Below are positions 22,603 to 36,882 of a DNA stretch of 64,000 nt, one piece after another. Numbering within the stretch: the stretch's first letter is position 1; each line of letters begins with the position of its first letter. Position numbers and translations under genes: made by a program. Source of the DNA: the human T2T-CHM13v2.0 reference genome, Homo sapiens; assembly GCF_009914755.1 (NCBI RefSeq), contig NC_060931.1; one strand, written 5' to 3'. The notes under the pieces are model-generated. The model saw nothing but the letters and a program-made list of their open reading frames with translations. It was not told the DNA's origin and did not search any database.

Positions 22603-24001
22603 TTCATGTGTTAGCTTATTTTTAATTTGGTGTATTTGCAGGCATACATCAAGTCCTTTTATCTGTTGTAAGAAATGGAGGGATCCCTAAACTGGGGAGA
22701 AGTGAGAGACCTCGTGATGAGCATTGCTGGCTTTGCTGGTGGCAGGGGTGTCGTGGAGAGGCTCACTTTCACTGTCATGGGATGCTAGTTAATACTGGGA
22801 GGGCCTGGCTGGATTCTGGCAGGCTGGGTGAGAATATTCTCTCCCTTTATCTCTCAGCTCTGTGATTTTTAGCTCCCTAAGCTATAGTTTCCTCAATTGT
22901 CAAATAGAATAACATACCATGCATATCTCATGGGGCTGTTGTGAGAATTAATTGAGATAACTCATATAAACCACATGCTCAGGAGAACGCCATACCACCT
23001 AATAGTCCAGTCCTGGAGATGGTCTCAATTTTGTAACACAGAAATAACTTTTCTTAGGCAGCTTTTAAGTGTAATTCTTATCTTGCAATCCACAACAACA
23101 ACAACAACAACAACAAAAACTCAAAAACAAACATTATCTTTCTTTACATTTCTGCTTTTGAATCTAGTTAGCGGCATGATATCACTCACAGTAAATTTCT
23201 TGCCAGTTATAAATGCCATCTTCTGTTCCCCTTTCTTCTTCCCCATAAATTAAAATATAGTTTAAGTTTAAAACAACCAAATGCACAGACAAACTGACCA
23301 GTTTGTTTATTGAGGCTATTAGTAAAGAATATCTCCTACAGAGGGCTCTCTGGTGTTCAGATGATAGTTTTATCAGTTTTTACCATGTGTTATATAACTC
23401 TTACTTCCAAAAGGTGACAGCTATTATGTCAAGAGTAGGCTTCACCTATTTTTGATAATTTTTTTCCTCTTCCATAAATCTGTTGGGAAACAAGCCCCAT
23501 TAATATCCTGGAGAAGTTTCTGTGGCCCTGCAAGCAAGTGTGATTCCCCATTCACTGCTGTCTCCTCGGGGCTCTAAGCCTATTCTACTATCCGTAAACA
23601 AACATAGGTATTTTTTCCTGTTCTCTATCCCATCTTCTATCGGTGTGCTGATATATCCCATAATGGCTCTCTCTTGTCCGATTTTGTTCTTCTATTCAAA
23701 AAAAAAAAAATGAGTTAAGAATGTATTCTTAAAAAGTTGTATAATTCCGTTCCTCTGTGACATTGTCTGCCAAACCATAACTCTGGCATTTACAACGGCA
23801 TTGTCTTTATTCTTCCTGTTACCCATACCACCCATTGACATCCAAATGCTTAAAGACCCACTCAAAACCCACCACGGGGACTACTGACTACTGCTTCCTT
23901 CCCTTAGTATTGAAACACTCACTGCCTGCCTTGATGAGGCAAGTCCATAGAAGCAGAGGGACTTGCAAGAAGTTGTTTGTTTGTTTTGTCCTGATCTTTA
24001 G

Positions 24002-24547
24002 GTATCATCTTGTCCACAAATGTAGTTACTGCAGTCCTTTTTCCTGGTAGACAGCTGCTTGCAACATGTGGTTATTTGAAGATAATTGAGCTAGCTTTAT
24101 GATGAGGCTGATGCCGCAGAAGCAGTGGCTGAGGAGGGTCTCCCTGTCTGTCTGGAACAATGACTGTAGGACAAGCTTCTTGTATTTTTTCATCCTCCTC
24201 ATTTCCAGCCCTGGAGGATTTTTTTTTTTTTTTTTTTGAACATCTGCAGGACACTTCTGACACACAAGGATGTGTTTGAACATCGTAGTAACATTTGGAA
24301 ATGCCTGTTTCATTTGACAGAATTTGCAAATTACATTTTTACCCCTCAGAATAACTCACAGTGTGGAAATGCTTCCATATGCTACAAGTTGTTCTCATCA
24401 TTTGCTGAAGGGAAAACAAAAAGAAGAGAACTGTAGTCAAGTTTGTGACTTGCAGAAAGCACGAAGCTACAGCAAGTGCACACTTAGTGGCAGCCTTCGG
24501 TGGGTCCAACACCAGCCACTTGGAGCCTCACTCCCTGCCAAAGTCTG
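24002..24547 (+). other. Candidate exon (5'UTR/first exon or lncRNA exon) of an unidentified + strand transcript
   Basis: Consensus donor CTG|GTAAGT at 24548 and acceptor TTGTCCTGATCTTTAG ending at 24001. Repeat-free context. An ATG at 24369 stays open to the donor (MLPYATSCSHH...LPAKV). Confidence 0.35.
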
Positions 24548-25029
24548 GTAAGTAGACTCTCTTTTTAAAGAATCACCTAAGTGCAAATTCATGAATAATT
24601 CTGAAAGTTATTACTATATGTAAATGCTAATTAGTTCACTTACAAGTGAAAAAATATTAGCTCTTCTGTATACCACATATTTAGAAAGCGCCACATTACA
24701 ATTGCCTCGTATTTCCAAAACCTGGCCTAGGAAAACACTTTTTTAGTACATTGTACTCAGGCCATTCCACCAGTCATCATGACAAGAATATAGCAGCTTC
24801 TAGGTCCCAAGTGAATAAGAACCCCAAGTAAATAAAAACTTGTCCCCTTCCTTTCATGTCAGAAAATGGCCATGGCCCTTTGAGGCAAAGGTGCAGAAAA
24901 AGTTGTGACATGCTTACTAGAATTCATTTAAAATCATGATTTAGAAGAGTATTTCAAAGCATAGGTACAGGACTGAAAACATGATAAATGATTGGTTCTG
25001 CCCTCCATGTTCAGGGTTCCAAAACACTG

Positions 25030-25700
25030 ATGTTCATTCATTTATTTACCATTTCAACAAAGATTTATTGAGCATCCACTGTGTGACAAGCCAGAGATGC
25101 CACCAAATGAAATCATGGTCCCCAAAATTGAAGAACTTGTATTTCAAAGGAAAAATATTAGAAAAGCAAATAGATAATGACAAACCGTGTTAAAAACAAG
25201 ATAGATAGAGATAGCTATGGTATAAGAGATAGCTGCTAATTCTGCTTGGGTAGTCAGGTGAGTTTCACGAGGGCATGACAGCTGGGCTGAGTTTGGGGGA
25301 GAGAAAGCATTTTCCTGGATGCAACATTAAGGATGAGTGTATTCATCAGAGGGAAGAGCGTGTGTAGAGGCACAGGAGGTGTGGTGATTTCAGGCAGCTG
25401 CAAAAGGGCCCATGTCATTAGAACAGGAGTCCTTGGCAGAGCCGTTTAGAGGTAGGGGTGTCCAACCATGAACACTGGTGTTTGTTACACTCAGGACTGT
25501 ACATCTAGAAGACTACCAATAATGATCATGAGGATATTATTCATGAAAGCAACATCTTCAGGATTTTTATCATACAATAGTAACTATAGAAGCAATTAGA
25601 AGCAACGCAAAAGATAAAACAGGAGAAAGAGCCAATGGGAAGCTGCTGTAAGTCTGAATTAAACCTCTCATAGATTGGCATACCCCAGCTCTACATGATA
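25030..25700 (-). mobile_element. L2 3' fragment
   Basis: TTCATTCATTT...CAACAAAGATTTATTGAGCATCCACTGTGTG. Confidence 0.65.
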
Positions 25701-26289
25701 TTTGTTTTTAAAGAATATAGTACCATTGCCTAGTGAACTAAATTATTTATATATTTATTATGAACCGAATTGAAAAATGAGAATACCCAAATATTCTTCA
25801 ACTAAAGGCAATTAATTCAATTTCTTTATTCAATTATCTTCTATTGAAATAAAACACAAATTAAGAAACTATGTTTTAAATAGCTGTCGTTTATTTTGAA
25901 AAATAAAGACCTTCCTACTAAATGTTTCATAGAACTATTTATTTTATTTTGTTTTGTTGATTTTTTTTAAATGTTGTGAACCAGCAGTTGAGAATTAAAA
26001 AAAAAACAACCAAACAAACAAAAAACCCTCCCTAGAATGCTGGAGATACGGTTCTGGAATCTGATATTATTCTCTGGAGACTCAGTGCACCAGGAAAATC
26101 CTAAGTGTCATTGTGTTCTTTGGATGGTATACGAAGTTTTCTTTTAGGTTTTGGCCTATCATTTATACCTGTTTAGAGCCTTGCTTCTTTCCTGTGTGTG
26201 TTGTTTTTTGTGTTTTGGTTTTTGACTTTGTGAGACAGATCATGAATTTGAAAAATATTTAAAGGGAAAAAGGAAGGAGCAACTGGATG

Positions 26290-26684
<395 letters not shown>

Positions 26685-29106
26685 TAATTGAATTTCATGA
26701 ATCATATCTGGGATGATGGGTTTTAAAACAAAGTCTACAGCACAGAGTATTTTTGCATTTGAATAATGAGTTGTCTATCACTCTAACTTACACTAAAAAC
26801 AAAACCAAACCAAAGAACAAACTTGGGTATAACTTCTGAAGCTGCAGTGAACTGACTAGGGAAAAGAGAAGCATTTCAGATCCTGGGAGGGAGTTTTCTG
26901 CTTGTTTTCGAGCCAGGCCCCAGCATTAGCAATATGATTACGTTCTCCGAAGCTTGGTGTGTTATTGAACAACTCTGTTGTAGCTGGCCTGGGTGTGCCC
27001 ATGAGAGAAATGCAACATGAGGCATCAGAATGATGAGAGATACAGACTTCAAAGAAGAGAGAACCAGCTAAATAGTGCTCTTTGTTTTCGAAGCACATGC
27101 TACCAAGATAAGCCATTTCATAAGCACCATCCTATGGGCCTCCTCAGAGCCTTGCCAGAGGAGGCAGCTCCAGGCTCCATCCCAGGCTGGGAAGGAGGCT
27201 CACAGGTGGACAGTGGTTTTCTTCAGTGCCCAGAGCCACACCCTTGTGCTCTTCTTTAATGCCTCTTTACGACAGACTCTGATGTGAACCATATTCTCAG
27301 AATGAATCTATTTGAGTCCCTGGAAATGATAGGTATTTATTTGTGTAATATCATGTAAAGCCCAATTTAAATGGGTCTTCCTATGAAAAACAACATCACA
27401 CAAGTGGCAGCTGTTCTGATAAAGCTGATATTTGTCATTAACTTGGTTTTCTCCCTCTGCCTCTTGTCCTTTCCACTTGTGGCCTACAAATAACCAGAGG
27501 GAAACAAAATGAGATAAAAGGAAAACTTCATGCTGCAATGCATGAGACAAAAGAACATGGATGAGGATATGGCCTCCAGAAAAGAGCATGACAGCTCAAT
27601 CCACCATTTGTGAGCTCCCCACATTCACAAAATGGGAACACTTGAGGCTGAGTTCTCAGCAGATGTGACAAGATCCAACCACATGATTCTCATTAATGGG
27701 CCTGGGAATCCTGCAGTGGAAACCTTAGCCCTGTGCTGAGAATTCTTTCTATTGTTTCATATCCCCCTAAGCCATAAATGGTTGTTATGTAAATGTCATG
27801 TTGCTTAATTCCCAATGTACCTTTACTCCCTCTAATCCTCTGTTAGACACATACACATACAGCCAATGTGTTTAGATTTTGCTCAGAAATAAAGCACCCT
27901 ACCAGCGCTGAGGGAGAGATGAAGGTTAATATCTGTATTTACCTCCCCTGTGCTTAAGGAGGTGAAAAAGGCTGGTGGTGCTGCAAATGGTTGCGCATGC
28001 TGCTGAGTCGGGGTGGCCTTCCACAGTTTTGTAATGCAGGCCAGTGTTGTTCAGAATTGCCTTTCTGATAAAACCATCATTGAAATGAGCAGAGGGAAAA
28101 AAATAAAAACCAGTTCACCAAACTCTTTCAATACAACTTCTCAAAGAAATGAATACGCCAATGCTAAACAAAGATTGTCAAACAAACAAAAAAGACTACA
28201 GCCTTGCCGCACGCTATCCTGTTCTTAAATTGAGATTTGGCAGCAAGGAGCTAAGTACCAACCACTATTTCCAGATCATAGCCCAGCCAAGTGTTTCAGC
28301 ATTCAACACAATCTTCCCTTGACTTCTCCAGGTATGCAAAAGGGCATTGCTGCAAAGAGGCAAAGACACATATCCTGGATGCGTCAGCTGAGATTATCTG
28401 GGAAACTAGACACCTTTTTGACGGATGGGGATAGATGAGCCCTTCAGGTAGAGTTCTCCACTGTCTTTAGAGAATTTACATTAAATCTTGGATTGCTGGA
28501 AGTGATGGGGTTGGGGAATGATATGCAAATTCTGCCCTATCTCCTGCAAAGATAAAAAACAATAACTCACAGATGGTAAGCCTAACATGATCTGGTCCCT
28601 TATTACTGAATTTCTGAGTTGGATCATGTAGTTCCATGTTCATTTCCCAGATAGGAAATAGAATCCCAGAGGAGATGAGTGACCTATTGAAGTTGTACAC
28701 CATTAGAGACAGAGTCAGGAATACAATCATGGTCTCTGCTAATGCTCCAGTGTTCTTTCCAATAACCTGGACACCAGAAACTTTTTTAATGCCAAAATAT
28801 TTACCCATAATTGGTCAATCTAATTATCAAGTTTAGATGTAAAGCTTCTTGGTACAGCCACAATTTTAGTTATTTATTCATTTGTTTATTTATTTTTGAT
28901 CATTGAACTTGAGCATTTTAGTTTAGTCCTTTTGGATTTCTTTTCCTCTTTGGCTTTTTCTTTTAATAACAGATTTTTAGATCTTACAAATTGAAGATGA
29001 TGTGTGTAAATTTTTGTGTAATAAATATGTCTGCATCTGTTGAAAAGTAGTTTGAGTATTTTTTATTTTTTTATTTTTATAATTTAGTTTTGTATTTTTG
29101 CCATGT

Positions 29107-30290
29107 TATTTATTTCTTCCCCTGCCCCACAGCTTTACAAAGGTATAATTAACAAATAAAAATTGTATGTATTTATGGTGTACAAAATAATGTTTTGATT
29201 TATGTATATGTTGTGAAATGATTACAATAAGGGAATTAATATTAATACATCCATTTCCTCCCTTACTTATCATTTTTTTGCGGTGAGACCATTTAAGATC
29301 TACTCTCTTAGCAATTTTCAAGCATGTAATTAATACATTATTGCTAACTATAGTTACCATGCTATACAATAGATCTCCAGAATTTATTCATCCTGTACAA
29401 CTGAAATTTTGTACCCTTTGACCAGCATATCCCCATTTCACACACGTAGATACCCCCAGCCCCTGGCAACCACCATTCTACTCTCTGCTTCTATGAATTC
29501 AACTTCTTTAGATTCCACATGAGTGAGATCATGCAATATTTGTCTTTCTGTGCCTGGCTTATTTCATTTAACACAATGTCCTCCATTTTCATCCACATCA
29601 TCACAAATGACAGAACCTTCTTCTTTTCTTAAGGCTGAATTATACTTCATTGTGGATATATACCACGTTTTCTTTACTCCATTTACTTGCCAATGAACAC
29701 AAGTTCATTCCATAATTTTGTCATTGTGAATAATGTTGTAATGATCATGGGAGTGCAGTTACCTCTTTCACACACTGATTTCACATCCTTCGGGCATATG
29801 CCCAGATGTGGGATTGCTGGATCATAAGGGAGTTCTATTTTTAGTTTTTTGAGGGATCTTTATACTGTTTTCCATGATGGTTATACTAATTCACATTCCC
29901 ACCAACAGTGTACAAGGTTCCCTTTTCTCCACATCCTCACCAACATTGTTGTATTTCGTCTCTATGATAATAAGCATTCTAACATATGTAAAGTGAAAAG
30001 TCATTGTGGTTTTAAATATGGCCTTTTCTTGCTGATTGGTAATATTAGCATTTTTTTCATACACCTGTTGGCCATTTGCGTGCCTTCTTTTGAGAAATGA
30101 CTATTCAGGTCCTTTGCCCATTTGTTGAATTGGGTTATTTGTTTTTCTTGCCATTGTCTTGTTTGAATTCTTTATATATTGTGGATATTAATCCTTTATC
30201 AGATGTATGGTTTGCAAATATTTTCTCCCATTCTGCTAGTTGTCTCTTTGCTGGGCTGACTGTTTTCTTTGCTATGCAGAAGCTTTTTAG
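29107..30290 (-). mobile_element. L1MA-type 3' fragment
   Basis: AAGATCTACTCTCTTAGCAATTTTCAAG...CAATAGATCTCCAGAA 3'UTR plus ORF2 end. Confidence 0.85.
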
Positions 30291-31942
30291 TTTTTTTTTT
30301 ACTTTTATTTTAGGTTTGGGGGTACATGTTAGGTTTGTTACCCAGGTAAACTCATGTCATGGGGGTTTGTTGTACAGATTATTCTATAACTCAGGTATTA
30401 AGTCCAGTACCCAATAATTACCTGTTCTGCTCCTCTCCCTCCTCCAAACCTCCACCACCAAGTAGACCCGAGTGTCTGTTTCCTTCTTTGTGTTCATGTG
30501 TTCTCATCATGTAGCTCCCACTTATAAGTGAGAACATGTGGTGTTCAGTTTTCTGTTTCTGCATTAGTTTGCTAAGTTTAACAGCCTCCAGATCCTTCCA
30601 TGTTCTTGCAAAAGACATGATCTCGTTCTCTCTTATAGCTGCATAGTATTCCATGGTGTGTATGTACCACATTTTCTTTATCTCATCTGTCACTGATGGG
30701 CATTTAGGCTGATTTCATGTCTTTGCTGTTATGAATAGAGCTGCAACAAACATTCACATGCATGTGTCTTTATGGTAGAATGATTTATATTCCTCTGGGT
30801 ATATACCCAGTAATGAAATTGGTGGGTTGAATGGTAGTTCTGCTTTTAGCTCTTTGAGGAATCACCACACTGCTTTCCACAATGGTTGAACTAATTTACT
30901 CTCCCACCAACAGTGTATAAGTGTTCCATTTTCTCTGCAACCTTGCCAGCATCTGTTACCTTTTGGTTTTTTAATAGTAGACATTCTGACTGGTGTGCGA
31001 TGGTATTCCATTGTGATTTTGATTTATTCCTCTAATGATCAGTGATATTGAGCTTTTTTTCATATGCTTATTGGCCACATGTATGTCTTCTTTTGAAAAG
31101 TGTTTGTTCATGTATTTTGCCCAGTTTGTAATGAGGTTGTTTGTTATTATCCTGGAAATTTGTTTAAGTGTCTTATAGATGCTGGACATTAGACTTTTGT
31201 CAGATGCATAGTTTGAAAATATTTTCTCCCATTCTGTGGGTTGTCTGTTTACTCTGTTGATAGTTTCTTTTGCTGTGCAGAAGCTCTTAAGTTTAATTGG
31301 ATACCACTTGCCAATTTTTGCTTTTGTTGTGATTGCTTTTGGTGTCTTTGTCATGAATTTTTTGCCCATTCTTATATCCAGGATGGTATTGCCTAGATTG
31401 TCTTCCAGAGTTTTTATGGTTTTGGGTTTTACATTTAAGTTCTTAATCCATCTTGAGCTTATTTTTGTCTGTGGTGTAAAGAAGGGTTCCAGCTTCAATC
31501 TTCTGCATATGGCTAGCCAGTTATCCCAGCACCATTTATTGAATAGGGAGTCTTTTCCCTATTGCTTGTTTTAGTCAGTTTTGTTGAAGATCAGATGGTC
31601 ATAGGTGTTTGGCCTTATTTCTATGCTCTCTACTCTTTTCCATTGGTCTATGTGCCTGTTTTTGTACCAGTACCATGCTGTTTTGGTTATTGTAGCCCTG
31701 TAGTATAGTTTGAAGTTGGGTAATGTGATGTTTCCAGCTTTGTTCTTTTTGCTTAGGATTGCCTTGGCTATGTGGGCCTTTTTTTGGTTTTAAAATAGTT
31801 TTTTCTAGTTCTGTGAAGAATATCATTGGCAGTTTGAGAGGAATAGCTTTGAATCTGTACATTGCTTTGCGAAGTATGGCCATTTTAATGATATTGATTC
31901 TTCCTATCCATGAGCATGAGATGTTTTTCCATTTGTTTGTGT
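30291..31942 (-). mobile_element. L1PA13-16-like 5'-truncated LINE-1
   Basis: ORF2 C-terminal peptides ([25 protein letters not shown]; KKMWYIHTMEYYAAI) and older L1PA 3'UTR. Confidence 0.92.
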
Positions 31943-31995
31943 ATAAATTGTGTATAAATAAATAGTTAAAACTATAGTTAAAATAGTTCAAACTA

Positions 31996-32056
31996 ATGTT
32001 CACTTGTCTGTGTAAACAATTAAACTGTAAACTATTAAACACAGACAAGTGAACAT
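31996..32056. repeat. Perfect 18-bp inverted repeat with 25-nt spacer
   Basis: ATGTTCACTTGTCTGTGT (31996-32013) and ACACAGACAAGTGAACAT (32039-32056). Confidence 0.95.
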
Positions 32057-35007
32057 CAGAGAAGTTTGGAGACTTGTCCCAGGTACCCTGATTCTAACTG
32101 GGATTCTGTAACTCCAAGTCCAGTGAAGGGTGGTCACTTTAAAAAATTGTTTATAAGTGGCAAGTGGAGTGTAAAATTGTAAAGTAGGTTTCTTTTTTTT
32201 TTTTTTTTCCCACGTTCTTTGTGTCTCACCCTATGGCTTCAGCCAATTGTCTTTCTGGAGACTGCATCAACACTTTCCCTCTGCTTGAGTTTCTTTCATC
32301 ACTTTTCAAGCTGTGGATTGGCTATCAGTAAATCAGTCCATATCAGGTTGACCGAGCAAGTGGCCACCTTATTGGCTCTCAAGCACTTGCTGGTCTACCT
32401 TATCTTTTAAAAGCCTTTTAAACTTCATGTAGACACACAATCCTGAGGCAGGAGGGAAACATTTTGGATTCAACAATCCAGCACAGTTTGTAAACATTTG
32501 CCTTATATAGTCCCTGGTATTATTCCTGGGGTACAGATTGCCCCTTTGTCCTGTAAAAAGGACACACAATACCACTGAGACTTGAATAGCCTTAAAAGTT
32601 TATCGGCTTCTAAGTTGTTACTCTTTTTTTTTTTCAGTACAGCAAATATTTCTTTAGGATAAATTTGATCTTTACCCTCTGTTGACTCTGAAAATATGTT
32701 TTCCTATTTTCATGTAATTTTCACTCTTCTGATTATCTTCCCCAGTGAGATATATTTTACAATGAAAACCTTTTCTAGGACCGTGAAAGGAAAACTGATC
32801 TCCTGAATGATACCTGAATATTATGATTACCATCAAAAGGTGTGAAAACTTTTTTTGGTGGGGAACAAAGCAATCAGCAACTTCTGTTGTTGATTGGGTA
32901 GGGAGTGTTACAGGATTTTTAAGTTCAAGAGAGACAGGAACTCTGGAATTAAAGTGGTGATCATTCCGTACCTTGCACATCACAGCAGTGCTACTAGCTG
33001 GTGATTAGAGCAAATATACCTGGAATTGCTTCTGAGTATTAGAAACAACTTGGCTCCTTGGGACCAGTGACTCCATCCTGGGTTGTGACCAAGCAGTTCA
33101 GGAGAGCTAACTGGCCCACAATAAATTGGACCTCCGACCTTGGCTTCATTAGCCAGCAAAGGCTTCGAGCACTTGAGCTAACCATCCTGGGACAGACTGA
33201 AGGGTGATGAGATAGCTGCAATTCAGCCTTTAAGGTTATAGAGGCACAGAGTAATTAATCGTGTCATTCACTGACAGTAACATTTATGAGCCACTTCTGT
33301 CTGCAACTGTTTCTTTTACTTGTACTGCGCCTGGTGCAATCAGAAATGCAGTATTTTTATAGAGTCAGCCTATCCAAATTGGTAGCAATGAAAAGATACA
33401 ATTAAGATAGCTCTTTTTCTTTTTTAATTTTCTAAAGCATTGCAAGAGGTCTGGGAAGAATTTGATTAGCCTGCTTCTGGCACATAGCCGCAGTTCTGTG
33501 GGTCTAGACTGGTCTCATATTTTCCTGTGTGCAGCTTTCCGAAGAGCTACGCCTTTACACTGAGTCTTTCTTGTGAAACAGTAGGATTTGGGCTACATTC
33601 CAGGTATATGCAAGTATTTATTATTAGTTCTCGTAATCATAATCACTATAAACATTAATGCATTTTAACAATCTGACAGCCAGTATCTTAAATCCCCAGG
33701 AATCTTAGTTAAATCCCAAGGAAAACTTTGTAACAGTTGTTTGGGGACATTTGGGGCAGCATTTACAAGCAGGGAAAGACCAGTTTTCCAATTTTCACAA
33801 TAGGCCTGATCGATGGTTCAGTTTTAGTTCCTTTAGCCTTTGGACTGTTTCATCATGTGAGCACACAAAGAAGATGTAATTGGGCACATATAATCCAAAT
33901 ACCTCTGGGCAGGAATTCTGATGAAGGCCCATATCCTGGAAAAGAGGCATGTGATTGCACCAGTGTCAACATGTTTGAATTTGTTGCAGAGTCTGCCAAG
34001 CTCACAGGCCATTTGAATTTCATGGATTCATATTTTCATAGTATTGGGCCTTCACTAACTTCTTTGCTATCAGGGGTCATTCTCTCTTGGTTCAATCAAC
34101 TTCCTGTTGACAAAAAAAAAAAAGAAAGAAAAAAACAACTCTCAAAGGCTTCTTGGACCTTAACAGCTCTTACAAAACAAATTATGATGATTTAAGTATG
34201 AATGATTCAGAAACATATGGATTGAATTTCCTTTCACATACATGTGGATTCATCTATTAAAGGGGAAAATGCCTTGGAAACCTGCGTTTGGGGTTTTATC
34301 CAGTCTCGTGTATTCACATTATAGTTTTAAACATACTGGGATAGAAAGAGTATACTTGCAACCACAAGGCATGCACAGGCAGGCCCTCCTTCTCAGCTTC
34401 CATTACACGTGGACATGCTTCACTATAGGCTATCACTTATAATTGACTATTTTTCAAACAAGGGCTCTGACTTGCCATCTTTGAATCTCCATCACACAAT
34501 ACAGTGTTTGCTATGTATTAGGAGAGTGAAAAACTTTGTTATATGAATGAATGGATGCATGGGTTAATTAATGAATCAACTGGAGCCCACTTATCCTTTT
34601 TGCAACTGGTCCTGTTTCTGAGCTTAGGCTGCAGGTTGGTTCAATCACAATAAGCTGTAGGTGGCCAGAGGCACTGACGCATCAGAGGCCATACCACAAG
34701 GGTTTCAAAACTTTCAACAAACCACCCTTAGGATTGGATTCTGGGTGGGTAATTCTCACTATGTTTTTGGTTGTCAACTGTCTGAGACTATTTTTTTCTC
34801 AAACGTTTGCGTTTAGTAAAACTCAACATGTTTTCCCAAGAACATCCCCCCACAATCTAAACCCATGTATATTTTAGGGGAAATTTAATCCATGTGCCCC
34901 TCAGTTCATTCACATAGATCATCAACATGCTCTTTAGTAAGAGCTATTGTGAGATTTTTGTGTAAATATTTGTCGTCATCTATAAAGTTGCATTTACCCA
35001 GTGATAT

Positions 35008-35550
35008 CTGGGGCAGTCTATGTTGCTTGCCTACCCAATAGATCGCATTTTTTTTTTCTAATCAAACCTCAATGCTATCTTGATGTTGGACAGTTCTATA
35101 TCCCAGGCATCTCCCTCCAGTGCTAAGTGGGGGTGTGAGTAAGGTAGGATGAAGAGTTGATATTTGTTATATTCCCCAAATACGTAAATTCCTTCCCTCT
35201 TGCTAGTGATTATTTTGAGCATCGTCATGTGGTCTGCTGATTAATGCGCTCTACTGAACAGACTTCTAGCAACATTTTCTTCCCTCTTAAACAGTGACCC
35301 AGTACAGGCACTGGACTCTTCCTGCCTTTGGACATTGTCTGTGAGGACATAGTTTTGAGACTTCTGTGGCCAACCATGAGGGCAAGGACAAGAGAACTGA
35401 GGAGAAGCCCCCTTTGAATCCTTAGCTTCTGAGCTCACCAACTCTGGAAACAACCCGCCTCCAGACATCTTGCCATGTGAGATAAATCCCATTTCATTTA
35501 AGTCATAAGTAATTGAATATTCTATGACTGCCAAATATATTCCAATTAAA
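35008..35550 (+). mobile_element. MLT1-family MaLR LTR (old)
   Basis: CTCCAGACATCTTGCCATGTGAGATAAATCCC..TTTAAGTC 3' motif. Confidence 0.7.
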
Positions 35551-36749
35551 TATGACATCTAAACTATGATTTTAGAATCTCTGGACTGGTATAGAAAGTG
35601 GTAGGACCACTTGATGTGAAATTGTCCATTCAGTGGCAAAACTTGAGTTTTCACCTTTTATAGTTAAGAGCCTAGTGAGATTTATTGGGAATTAAAAATT
35701 AATCTAAATAAATATAAACAGTGGTAAATTTTATGTGTATATGTTAATACTTCCTTCATTTGCATGTATTCAATTGCTATTTTTATTTTTTAATAAAGAA
35801 AAACTGTGAAATAGTTTAACAAAGATGATCAAAATACTTGATACTTCATCCCTACTTTTTCTCGAACTTGAACCTGGCTACTATAATTCATAAGCAAGCA
35901 ACTGGTAAAAATAAGTTGAACTGTTTTAAGTCTATTAAATTACTAAAAATGATAAAAAATAGTTCATGTAATTAATTGCTTCTACCTTCTTCTATGTATT
36001 GCTTTTCAACTTCATTTCCAAATGCTCTGAATTTTTCTGGGTCTGCTTCGACTTGCTCGCTGACCTCAGTTAAGGCAGATTCATCTAAAATACTGGTACC
36101 GATTTTAGAAACACAAAGATCAAATGTGCTCAGTTATATTTTTCTTAATTATCAGCAGCATAAAGACACAAATCTAATTCTGTTATATTCTATGACATAC
36201 TAGGCCCTGGGCGTTACAGAATAGTGATCAATACAGTTATAGTGTGGCTGGTTTTTAAGTGTAAAATCCTAGACTGTAAAAGACAGAAGGACCAATAGAG
36301 ATAAACTCAATCAGTGGTTTTTAAAACGTGCCTCTGGGTGCTCTTGGCCTTAGCTGTCTCTTAATTCCTAGGTGAGTTGGCAAGTATATTTGTAATGCGA
36401 AGTTTGCACAAGGAAGGCTGCAAGGGAATAACATGAAACCAAACAAATGACACCATGTGTGGTAAAGCAACACCTATCAGAGGAATTTGGGATTCCTTTC
36501 AAATCATGAAGCAGCCTTTGAAGAGCAGGTTTTGATTAGGGGGCAAAAGGGAGTAGTAGGGAACATCAGGCGGGATGGAATGGCATGAGGAAAGCCACTT
36601 GTGAAAAAGCAGTCTGGGGCATGAGCAGAGACTTGCTCCACTACAGAGACGAATTGATGTTGGGAAAGCATAAAGGTTAGACGATCAGGGATGGCTAGAT
36701 TGTGAAGGCAGGTTAATCTTAAGGAGAGCTACAAAACACAGCAATTATA

Positions 36750-36882
36750 ATGTGTATGTGCATCACCTGGAGATCTGGTTAAGATCCAGATTCTGACTGA
36801 GTGGCTCTGGGTGGGGCCAAGAGGCTGCATTTTTTTAAACTTTCAGGTTTAGGTCCAATGGATCCAAGGACACCATGAGTAG
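36750..36882. mobile_element. MER5A-like hAT fossil
   Basis: ATCACCTGGAGATCTGGTTAAGATCCAGATTCTGACT..CTGGGTGGGGCC..CTGCATTTT. Confidence 0.7.

Noticed and set aside
30971-31498. 175-aa ORF
   Set aside because: Fragment of L1 ORF2 in a truncated, frameshifted element, not a host gene.
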